From positions 102,488,001 to 102,548,000 of the forward strand of contig NW_024704742.1 of the NCBI RefSeq assembly GCF_018977255.1: 60,000 nucleotides of DNA, read 5' to 3'. Shown piece by piece: positions 49,516 through 59,430 of this stretch. A program made the position numbers and the translations under genes. Positions within the stretch are counted from its first letter, which is position 1. Every line of letters begins with the position of its first letter. This DNA comes from Callorhinchus milii (taxonomy: Eukaryota). The notes under the pieces are model-generated. The model saw only the letters and a program-made list of their open reading frames with translations, was not told the DNA's origin and made no database searches.

Positions 49516-50649
49516 AGTTATATTTGAAATCTGTGATTACAAGAGATGGAATTTCAAAATTTGCCTTGTAAATTATAGAAGTTTAAAAAAAGAGTAAAGT
49601 AATATACAAAATCGTACTGTTAGTACAGACTTTTATTTATGTTTGTAAGGTTCAAATGTTGAGAGAAACAGTAGTATTTATTCAGTAATTATTGTTGTTA
49701 TTTTAAGAATATACTGTGTTATTGCACTGCATGGGACCTGATTATATCTCATCATGAACACTGTGCCAACACCCAATCAAGCCTATCCACAAGTTTATGG
49801 GACTAATCAAACTAAGCTGTGGACCCAGCTTCAAGTTTACAGTATAACAATGCACCCTGAAAGCAAACAAAGCAGAGGCCAGTTTGATTTCACACTTTTT
49901 TTAAAAAAAATCCTCGACTTGAAAGATGCTTTGAGAGAGACCGGAATAAAGAGAATGTCATGTAGTCGGTGGAGCAGAAATACATGCAATCTCCTGGTTT
50001 TAATTTACAGGGCGGTTGCGGGTGGACTTGTCAGAGGTCAAGAAACTTCAAAAGATAAATTATTATCGTCCTGTAACCAGGAATGGGAAATTAGAGATAG
50101 GGCACTGTGGCTGATTGTGTCATTTAAAGTCTTTAATGGGTGACTCAGTAAGTCTTTAAAGAACGTTTCTTCAGATGTTAAGATCTATTCCAGCCCAGGC
50201 TTAGTCACCACTGTCCAACTCATCCATAGGATTGCACAGGAAATTGAACTGAATGGTGGGAATCCATCTCCTCTTACAGGAACATTGTATTAGTATTGGT
50301 CTTTTGGGGATATCTTTCTGGTTGACTGCCACCAGTCTTTATTCTTTTGCCAGATTCTCTCTCTATCCTGGAAATGATGAAGGGGGTGTCTTTCACCTGC
50401 AGAACTAATGCAAAGCTGTTAACTTTTAACCCAATGTTTTATTCACTCTTTGAGGGTCAAGGTGCCCTGCAGTCTTATGAACCACTGAACAAGGGCCGAT
50501 AATTAAACTTACAATGAGCATTCCATAATTACAATTGGTTCAATTGTTTTGTTAACAAATGTAAGAATGTCTTTTAAGCTGTTCTTGCTATCTTTCAAAA
50601 TTAAACAATTATGTGCCACATCCTTTTTTTAAAAAACACCAATGTTTCT

Positions 50650-51452
50650 CCTGTAATTTTCTCCCCTCTTTCTCTCTTCAAGGCTTCGTGATTCTGTATT
50701 GCTTCTCCTGGAGTACAGTTGCTTAGGCACAAGTCCAAAGGAGTCCCGTAGCATAGTGGTTAGCATGCTAGCCTCACAATTGATAGGATCCAGGCTCGAT
50801 TCCCAGGCAGGGCGAAAACTTAGACAAGTTTAGCTTACTCCACACACCTCTGTTTACCTAGCAGTAAGTAGGAACCCGGTTGTTAGTCGATTGGTGGATC
50901 GCTTTCCACAGGTAATAATCCCTGCCCCCCAAAAATATGGTTACTCAATCCACGACTGTTTATGGGACACTGTTGTGCGCAATTGGCTATCGTGGTTCTC
51001 CCACAAAATACACAAATCCCACACTTTACAATATATTCTGTGAAGCGCTTTGAGGCGTCTCAATGACATGATAAGGCGCTATATCAAATGCAAGGATTAT
51101 TATATCATTATTATTATATAAGTCACCCTCTGGCACTTAAAATAGTTATTATTCATGTGTAAGCTTTGAAAGTCAGGGCTGGCAGGCTGTTTGATTGGGT
51201 TGGGGGGCAATTGCAATCGAGTTCAATCCTGCCCACATCCCAAGTCCATTTATGAACACTTTGCAGGAGGGGTCTCTGTATGGTGAGCACCAGTGGAAAT
51301 CCTGTCTAACTTCCTTCCCTCACTCAACAACATACTGAGGCCAATTGTTGCATCACAATTTCTTCCTCGGCTGAGATCAACTAACTCAATACGGAATGGG
51401 TTATAAAACTACAATCTTCCCATCTGTGCTTTATCCACCAGGCTATCGGGGA
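50650..51452 (-). mobile_element. Ancient family B SINE, full length, split by a young SINE
   Basis: Tail AATTTTCTCCCCTC..GGAGTACAGTT lies left of the insert. The body resumes at 51121 (CCCTCTGGCAC..GGCAGGCTGTTTG..ACTGAGGCCAATTG..GGCTGAGATCAACTAACTCA..TTTATCCAC). Confidence 0.75.
50740..51117 (+). mobile_element. Young SINE, long subfamily, full length
   Basis: GGAGTCCCGTAGCATAGTGGTTAGC..CTCGATTCCC, the long insert and the tail. AAGTC occurs near both ends (50731, 51120) and may be a short target duplication. Confidence 0.92.
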
Positions 51453-52849
51453 TGTTTGTTGTTGATTTTTTATTCCAGGTTAATCTGCCAATGAATCCTG
51501 CAATATTATTTTTTTCCTTCAGGCTATAACCCAGGCTGTCGTTGTTTTACTTCAGTCGAGAGATTGTTTGCAAAAATGCAGCATTCAGATGAATAGTTTG
51601 AATCTTTCACATTGGATAGAGTATATCGTAGGGTAACTTGATGTCTGAACTGACGAACCCTAGATTATGTGTAGGGCTGCAGATTTGTCACGGCAGAAAA
51701 AATGTCACAGATACCATGATTTTTCCGTTCGGCCAGCACCTTGGGACGTCCTCCTGACGTGAAACGCGCTATACAAATGTAATTTGTTGTTGTCGTTGAC
51801 AAACTCGCCATCTCATACATTTCCCACATTAACCTTAAGAAAGGCCAGAGCGTGTGGCAGGCTTTCTCATGGTTAATGTAGAAAATTCAGACTGTTCTTG
51901 CGAGGCACATAGAGCCCAGGCACTTCAATTCATTTGGAGCAGGGAAACGTCTGGGCTGTGTGCGCGGATGCCTAAGCTTAACGACAAGTTTGAATTTGCA
52001 GTAATCAACCTTGAGAGAGGCTGGCGCATATGCGGACACAGCCCAGCCACTTCCCTGCTCCGAACGTTACAGACTGGGAAGGTGCAAAGTTCAATCTCAG
52101 CTCTCTACTGAGATAGACAGTCTTAGGCAAGGATATATTGCAATGCTGAAAAATATGAACCTTTGGGTGAAGATAGGATCCATCTGAACTGTGCCAACAA
52201 CCATTCCTCATGCGTGACCCAAGGCAATGCAGTCAACAAAAAGTGTTTATGCTGAAAGCGTTGCCAATACTGACAGACCTCAAATGTGGGAAAATGTTTC
52301 CTGACGTGAGCTGTGTTTGAGCAGGAAATCCCTGTACATCATGTGAACATGACAAGTGTTCAGCTCCTACCTAAATTTTGGTCAGGGCAATGTATGGATT
52401 CTGTACAGAAATTCTTTACTTTGGGAGGCAATTTAAGGCAGTGAGGTACTGGTGAAGTTAGCACTTTATTAGCTGAGCTTTTGTCAATGCCATTGGACAT
52501 CAACATGTGGGGGCATCACAACCCACATTCATTTACCAGCAGGGATCAATAGATAGCAGTCAGGGCTGAAGAACTAAGAAAACACAGATGTTTGGTCACA
52601 GACCTGCTTATGTGATTAGACAATCTTTTTGTGTACCTGAAATTTCAACAGATTTAATAAAGACACTCGGTCACACATTTGGTCTTTCTGTGGGGAGATC
52701 CTGCATTACTTTTCTCCTCTCCTGAACATGCCGATATTATACTGGAGCAGCATCTTCAAGTGCCTCAGGTAGAGAGAATTCCTGACTGATTTTTCCCCTC
52801 TCTACCCCAGGGGGCCAAGTGTGTTAGCCTAGATAGTCATCATAGTTAG

Positions 52850-53580
52850 CTTTAAAACGTACTTATTTGTCTGGACTTTTGGTCATCTTTCCCTCCTACC
52901 CTCCAACTTGGGTGTCAAGACAGCTGTGTGAAGTGCTTTGAGACATCCTCGCAATGTGAAAAGGCACTATATAAAACAACAACAACAAAATTACATTTCT
53001 AAAACGCCTTTCACATCAGTGTTGCAGACCTGAGCTGGGGGTCGGAGTCAACAGCGACAACTTGAATTTATATAGCGCCCTCCAGGGAGGGGCGCGAGGC
53101 AGAGGGATTGCGGGCTGGAGTTCCAGAGGGTGGGGGCAGAATGGCAGAAGGCCCGCCCACTAATGGAGGGGCTGGCGAGGCGGTGGACATGAAGCAAGCC
53201 AGAGCCCACTGAGTGGAGGGAGCGAGCAGGATACTAGGGGGTTAGGAGGTTGCAGAGGTAGGGGGGAGCGAGGTTATGGAGGGCTTTGAAGGTGAGGACC
53301 AGGATCTTGAACTGTATCCTCTGTGTGATGGGAAGCCAATAGAGTCGGGCGAGGATGGGGGTGATAGGCTCTGCAGTCTATGGGGGAGGATTTAAGCAGG
53401 CCAACAAGCAGGGAGTTTGCATAGTCAAGCCTCGATGTTAATAATGCGTGTATGAGGGTCTTGGCAGTCTGCGGTGTGAGACAGTGGCAGAACCGGGCAA
53501 TATTGCAGAGGTGGAGGAAGGCAGAACAGGTCATGGCATGGATGTGGGATAAAAGGATAATTAAGGGTCAATTCGCATAT
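52850..53580. mobile_element. L2 cluster: plus-strand tail (52850-52975) joined tail-to-tail to two minus-strand L2 pieces (52976-53050, 53050-53580)
   Basis: Minus-strand peptide AFLHLCNIARFCHCLTPQTAKTLIHALLTSRLDYANSLLVGL; three tail motifs. Confidence 0.88.
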
Positions 53581-53690
53581 AAATGTGAATTGTATAATCA
53601 ATGTCAACTCTGAAGTTTGGTGTGTACGAGGCTGGAGGTATCACAGCTCAGGCCAATCCTGTTCTCACCCAACATCCACAGGCACACTTT

Positions 53691-54022
53691 CAACAACAAT
53701 TTACATTTATATAATGGCTTTAACATCAGGAGGATGTTCAAAAGTGTTTCACGTAACTGACTGGGAGCCCAAGCTGAGTGGGAGAAGTGGGGAGAGGAAT
53801 ATGGCTGAAAAGATATTGGGGAGGTTTTTGAAGGCAGGAAGGGATGGAAGGACTCTGAAATTGAATGGCTGAAATGGGGGAGAGGAGGGAGAACGTGAAG
53901 CAAGCTCCTGTTTGCTGAGAGGGGGGAATGCCCAGGGCAACACCATGATAGGAAGTCACAGAGGTAGGGTGGTATAATACCATGGAAGGATTTCAAAGTC
54001 AACATGCAAATCTTGAAATTCA
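53691..54022 (-). mobile_element. L2 3' end nested in a family B SINE (flanks about 53600-53690 and 54023-54105)
   Basis: Peptide NFKICMLTLKSFHGIIPPYLCD. The flanks CTCACCCAACATCCACA and CTTTCCCCTCTCTAGCTCAGGGGC are contiguous in family B. Confidence 0.8.
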
Positions 54023-54269
54023 ACCAGAAATCATTGGAAAGTGGTCAGGAACCGAGGAACAGAATCCTTGACTGAGCTTTCCCCTCTCTAGCTCAGGGGC
54101 TGACCGTAACTTGTTTCCGGGGGTCTCCTTGAAGCTGAACCAGCTCTAAGGTGACATGCATGGAAACGGAATGTCAGAATCGACCCAGCCTTCTATGATG
54201 GTCTCGGTAGTCCGGTTCCTGAGCCAGGTGGGTCCGCAGTATTTCAGGACATTGCTGTTAATAATATCA

Positions 54270-54462
54270 GAATAATAATCCTTGCATTTGATATAGCACC
54301 TTATCACATCTTCGAGACATCTCACAGCGCTTCACAGAATATAGTGCAAAGTCAATTGACTATATTTGTGGGCGAAACGGGGTAGGCAATTGCGCACAGC
54401 AATGTCCCACAAATAGTTGTGGATTGAAGTGACCAATTTATTATTATTTTATATATTTTTTT
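54270..54462 (-). mobile_element. Young SINE 3' half
   Basis: AATAATAATCCTTGCATTTGATATAGC..GGATTGAAGTGACCAATTT. Confidence 0.92.
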
Positions 54463-54721
54463 GATGACAGCGCAGCCAGCCTGGCTCATCGGCAGGACCT
54501 GGAAGGGCAGGCCAGACACTGAGGGCAGGGAGTCATCCCACTTAGCTCCTGTTAATCCTGTAAACCAAACATTTACCAGTAGGGTGGGCCTAGCTGGACA
54601 AGCAGTGGAAAGCTTGCTAGGCAGTGCTCCCAATGACAAGCTATGTAGTTTTAGTTGGTTAGACTACAGCAGTACATACACAACACATACACTGGCGACC
54701 CCAAACCTGTGACCCCTTTGT

Positions 54722-55035
54722 GGAGTCCTGTAGCTCAGTGGTTAGAGCACTCGCCTCTCAAGCGAGAGACCTGGGTTCGATTCCTGGCAGAGCAAAACCT
54801 TGGGCAAGTTTCCTTACTCCACATGCCTAATAATAATCCCTCAAGAAAAAAAACAATAATAAATTGGTCACTTCAATCCACAACTGTTTGTGGGGCATTG
54901 ATGCGCGCAATTTGGCTGCTGCGTTTCGCCCACAAGTATACAGTCAATTCACTTTACAGTATATTCTGTGAAGCGCTTTGAGATGTCTAGAAGATGTGAA
55001 AAGCGCTATATCAAATGCAAGAATTATCATTATTA
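54722..55035 (+). mobile_element. Young SINE, short subfamily, full length
   Basis: GGAGTCCTGTAGCTCAGTGGTTAGAGCACTCGCCTCTCAAGCGAGAGACCTGGGTTCGATTCC..AAAAGCGCTATATCAAATGCAAG. Confidence 0.94.
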
Positions 55036-55297
55036 TGAACCTTGGGTTTTGCCAAGCTGAGCCTAATACTTTCTGGAAACAGGTAAGCAGGATGCACTCC
55101 TCCAGTATTCTTTATATGTATTTAGTTGAAGGAGCTAATCATGAAGCCAAATCTTTTGTTCAATGGCTAAATACCTGCCTGAAAAGTTAGTGGTCATGAG
55201 ATAAAAGAACAATTGTGGAAGGCAGTGAAAGTGTAAAACAGGATTGTGTCCTTTTCAATTTCAGGCAGAACATAGGTCAACAAACAATAAAATATAG

Positions 55298-55440
55298 TCA
55301 AAACACAAAATACTGCAGATGCTGGAATCTAAAACTTCGTTTTGACGAAGAGTCGTGGACCCGAAACATTGACTCACTTTCCTTTCTTCATAGATGCTGC
55401 CTGACCTGCTGAGTTTTCCCAGCTCTCTCTGTTTTTGTTT
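55298..55440 (+). mobile_element. Penelope-like element terminal repeat remnant with a degenerate hammerhead ribozyme core
   Basis: AAAATACTGCAGATGCTGGAATCT (inverted end), TTGACGAAGAGTCGTGGACCCGAAAC, and AGATGCTGCCTGACCTGCTGAG..CCAGC..CTGTTTTTGTTT. This layout is recalled from shark Penelope ends. Confidence 0.7.
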
Positions 55441-55884
55441 AATAATATATAGTGACCCGGTGATCAATTTGGAAGTGGGATATGATCAAGAATTGGCTAG
55501 AGTGGAGCCTTTGAAATGTGGTACACTGAATGAGCACACAGAATCAAAGCCAATTAAATTAAGGTTGGTTTCTTGCCAGGTCTGATTTAGATTCATGCCA
55601 GGGTAACATGTCAGCAGGCATGAAACAACTTGCCTTAAATCCACCACTCAAATATTGTTCCCTACTTAGCATACCCTATTGATATTGCATGCTGCAGATG
55701 CCACATTCTACCCACCATTAACTGTTACCTGGATTTAACATTAAACAATAGCACTGGCACTACTCCTGAGATCCGTACTGAAACTGGTGGTTGGCATAAG
55801 CAAAGGGATAAAAAAAACTTAGACATGTGTCTTGAATTCAGTGCCAGTTTATAACTGATTTAAATTCCCCCCAAAGGCTCACCG

Positions 55885-56250
55885 AGATTGTTCAGTGAGT
55901 AGCTCAATCATAGGAAGGACTCAAACTGAGTTTGATTTCAGCTGGAGTAACATAAGGGGTACTCCTGTCTCTGCATTAGGGAAGGAAAAATCTGTGACCG
56001 TTCCTGATCACACTAACAGTGACCCTTCCTGGAGATGCATTTGTGTGATGTCATGGGAGGACAATATTGGGCTCAGCTGTCATTCTCCCTGGATTCAATA
56101 GCTTACTGACACTCATTGTCATGGGTCGCCCTTTAATAAAGGACATTTGGATGAGGTAGTCGCCAGCATCCAGACCTGATTGAACCATATCTTCAGTGGA
56201 AGGAAAAAGGGAATTATAAGAGGAGGGGAGAAAATCAGCGAGAAAAAAAA
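55885..56250 (+). mobile_element. Ancient family B SINE
   Basis: AGGGAAGGAAAAATC..TCCTGATC..CAGTGACCCTTCCTGGA..GAGGACAATATTGGGCTCAGCTGT..AATAGC..GACACTCATTGTC..GAGGAGGGGAGAAAAT. Confidence 0.72.
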
Positions 56251-57297
56251 GCCTTTATATATCCAATGTGACTTTCAGTGATTTAGGTCAACATCATTTT
56301 TTTTCAGTTAGCTCAATACAAATGTTCCACAATGTAACATTTGCAAAAAAAAATCAACTAAAATGTGTATGCATACAGTATGTGTAGTGTGTTAGGTAAT
56401 TTTCACCCACTCGAAGCAAGCAACAAAGGACTGTGGATAACCCATTGAAAAACAGGTAATTTATGAAATCTCTGGGTAGAGCTGGTAAAACATTGTTCAG
56501 TGTCTGTATAGATAGGGCTTAAGGCAATTCACCAAACTGTTCAGCAATAAGTACCACATGACAATATGAATGCAAATCCAGATAAAGCAGATGCAATGAT
56601 TCAGGAAGGTCAAATTAATAGCTTTGGGGCAAGTTCACACACTATTTTCTGAATGGAATGATTAAATGGCCTCTATTAGCATTGCTTTTGCCCACATTCC
56701 AGTGTAATCTGGTGACCATATATAGCCGCATGAGCTAATACTGGGTTTACACAGTGACCCGATGGCCTGTGGTGTAATAAAGATAGTCCACTTTGGGCTA
56801 ATATCAATTCTAGTTTGTATTGCACTCAATTACAAAGTCGATCCAGCGCGAGAGTTCATATTGAGATGATGGCGGTAATATTATTGTGTTTGTACCTATG
56901 CTGACTTGACAAACCAAAGTATAGTAATTAGGTTAATTTTGTTGGTGCCCTCATTACAGCCTGGCAGGCTATGTTGAGGCACTGGACGGTGTACACGGAT
57001 ATAATAATATAATCCTTACATTTGCCGCAATGCCTCTCATATCAGGAGGATGTCTCAAAGAGCTTCACAGGATCTATTATAAAGTGGAGTGACTGTGTGT
57101 TTTGGTGGGTGAATGCGATGAGCAAAATGGCAATAAATCGATCAGTAAACTTAATAGCAAACCCCGTGTACATGTTAAAGTGAAACCCAGAAGGCACTGA
57201 GATTTTTAAATATAAATGCTGAGGCTGCGCTATTGTAGCACTATAAATGATGCTAAGGGTTGCTGGTTGAGCGTCACTCAGAGTTAATGGCACAGTA

Positions 57298-57670
57298 GGA
57301 AAGAACTTGACGTTTTATACCTTATAACATTGAAGTATCTCAAAGCACTTTTACCGCAATTACCGTTAAGTACAGTGATTGATTTTGCACCCAAAACACA
57401 GCAGCCAGGCCTCACAAACAACCCTGGAGGCAATGACAATTGTCATTTGTAGGATTCTTGACCAGTAAACCACTACATGAAATTCCATTCTCTCTGTAAA
57501 TAGTGTCTCGGGATCTTTAATGTCCACCTGCAGATGGGATCTTGCTTAACATCTCATTTGAAAGATGTCACCTCTGGCAATGCAGCCCTAGGTAATTGTA
57601 GTGGGAGCGTCATCCTCGCCAAGGAGCTCAAATCCTGACGTGAGACTTGAGCTCATAGTCTAATCTGACA
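57298..57670 (-). mobile_element. Older Deu-SINE, decayed
   Basis: AATAGTGTCTCGGGATCTTTAATGTCCACCTG..TTAACATCTCATTTGAAAGATGTCACCTCTGGCAATGCAGC. Confidence 0.78.
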
Positions 57671-58636
57671 GTATAATCCCATCAAATAGCGGGGTTGGGG
57701 GGGGTCATCCTTCCTTCACAGACAGAGGGAACAGAGCGCCTGCTGGGCCGATAGACCACCCTGAAAGGCCATCATACCCCGAATTCCCTCCAAAAATCAG
57801 AAAAGGAGTCAGAGAAAACAGTTGTGATTTAGAAACAATGGCATATTTGCTGGTTTAGATGTGTGCAGTTGTTTCCATGCTGCACCCCCCTCCCCCCCCC
57901 CCCCAACCCCCACAGCAACACAGCATGGGGTGGGGGAGGGGAGGGATAGATAGAATCCTGTCTGACACCAGTAGCTCCTGTAACATGAGTTGGAGCTTGG
58001 CTTTGCCAGTTACCCCGCTGTTTGCTGCAGCAAAAACCAAGCAGGTGGATGTTCGTGAAGTATTGCACTGGTAGCAATTTGAAACTGTGCCACTGGAGGT
58101 GCCAAGACCATGGCTCTGCAGAGAGCAAACCTGAACAGGAAGCCCAAACTGTTAAAATGTAAGTTTTTGTACAGCCTAAAGGGAAACAGTTCTCTTCTCT
58201 TGAAGGTTTCAAACAAATAACTTACATGAGGTGTGGGGATGCTCAGTGCGATCAGATCTGCATCCCAAAAGAGTTTTACTGCTCTCTTGAATTCCTGCAA
58301 TTAAAAAGCCTTCACAGCACAAACATAGAAATCAGAACGATAAAGAGGGGGAAGGAAGAAACTGGAAGGAGGTGTGAATGAGTTTCTGTTGTGGGGTGAA
58401 TGAGAAGACAAAAGCTTTGGATCCTTTAAAGAAGGAACTTGGTTGACACCTGAAATTGTTAACAGTGTGTTCCTGTCTGTGGCTCTGACTGTTCAGAACG
58501 ATTGGCACTTTAAAGTAAGAGCCATTCTCAAGCTGCCACAGTGGGTGTTGGGAATCCCGAGGGTCTCTGTGGACTTTGTGTGAAGTGGGGCAATCGATTT
58601 TTTTTTCTTAAAACGCATGAATATGTTTTTATTTTT

Positions 58637-58960
58637 GGGGGGGTGGGGGGCGGGGAGGGAGAGGGGGGCGGGGGGGCGGGGTGCATCTTGGATTTGAACT
58701 GTAAACTATTGCAAAGAGTGTGTGTGTATGTGGGGTGTGTAGGGGGTGTGGGGTGTAGGGGGTGGGATGGTGGGGTGGGGGGTGTAGGGGGTGGGGTGGG
58801 ATGGGGGGGGGAGTGGGTAGCAGCAATTAAATGCAAACCCCGCGGATTGACTGGAAGCAAATCCAGTCCAGGTTTTGAGCACCACCTCTTCCAGGAGCTG
58901 TGACAGCTGGAGTTTGAAGGGAAGGACGGGGGTAGGACTGAGGCATCACTCACTCACTCA
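58637..58960 (+). promoter_or_regulatory. Putative TATA-less promoter with GC boxes and G-run tracts
   Basis: Three GGGGCGGGG Sp/KLF boxes at 58645-58681, a dense G-run tract at 58730-58817, and rising CpG density downstream. Confidence 0.55.
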
Positions 58961-59060
58961 GTCGGTCAGTGGGTCTGCAGACTGCTCACTGCCCGGATCT
59001 CCAAATACGATGATGAGAGGCTTGTGCAGCCCGAGCCGTGTATACGCGCTGTGACAGACA

Positions 59061-59115
59061 GGGAGAGAGGGAGAGAGAGAGAGAGAAGGAGAGGGAGAGA
59101 GAGAGAGAGAGAGAG
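59061..59115. repeat. (GA)n microsatellite
   Basis: Directly visible. Confidence 0.95.
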
Positions 59116-59377
59116 CACAGGACACAGTGCAGAGGTTCGCAGCCCCTTTCGGATGATCAGTTCCATTTAGTGCAGAACTGCTGTGACTCGGGACCATCCG
59201 GACCCGAGAGGGCTCGAGCCCCGCCTGGACCCCTGATGGATTTTAAAAGGGTTTGAAGGAGGAAAGTTCCACATGCCGTTGGCCCGGTTGGAATAGCAGC
59301 TCCGTTACTTTTAATTTCGTTCAGACGAGGCACATGTGTCATCGTGACAGGAGCCCGACAGACAGACACTGCGTGGC

Positions 59378-59430
59378 GTGTGAGTGTGTGTGAGTGAGTG
59401 TGAGTGTGTGAGTGTGAGTGTGAGTGTGTG
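59378..59430. repeat. (TG)/(TGAG) compound microsatellite
   Basis: Directly visible. Confidence 0.95.

Larger units (their letters stand above)
54130..55105 (+). repeat. Family X, longest copy, interrupted by two young SINEs
   Basis: Segments 54130-54258, 54463-54720 and 55036-55105 align in order with 38150-38290 and 17375-17615. Confidence 0.75.

Noticed and set aside
49754..50143. 129-aa ATG-initiated ORF
   Set aside because: No recognisable domain, and it crosses a T/A homopolymer run. It is consistent with a chance ORF.
50850..50912. The long-versus-short SINE difference as a spliced-out intron (GTAAGT..TTTCCACAG in this copy)
   Set aside because: The deletion in short copies starts about 14 nt upstream of GTAAGT, and other long copies lack the terminal AG. 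The boundaries do not fit splicing.
51505..51638. 110-nt exon candidate (TTTTTTCCTTCAG|..AGG|GTAACT)
   Set aside because: The donor is weak and the peptide is unrecognised. Sites of this quality are expected by chance in 60 kb.
54722..54795. Functional tRNA gene (also the heads at about 1540, 16325, 22427, 37830 and 50740)
   Set aside because: Each head continues into the SINE body and L2-type tail, and the anticodon varies between copies.
58425..58495. Second Penelope/hammerhead remnant (AAAGAAGG..CCTGAAATTGTTAAC)
   Set aside because: Too degenerate: no CUGANGA core and no stem II pairing.
58528..58953. Pro-rich and Gly-rich ORFs on both strands
   Set aside because: These are by-products of the G-run low-complexity tract.
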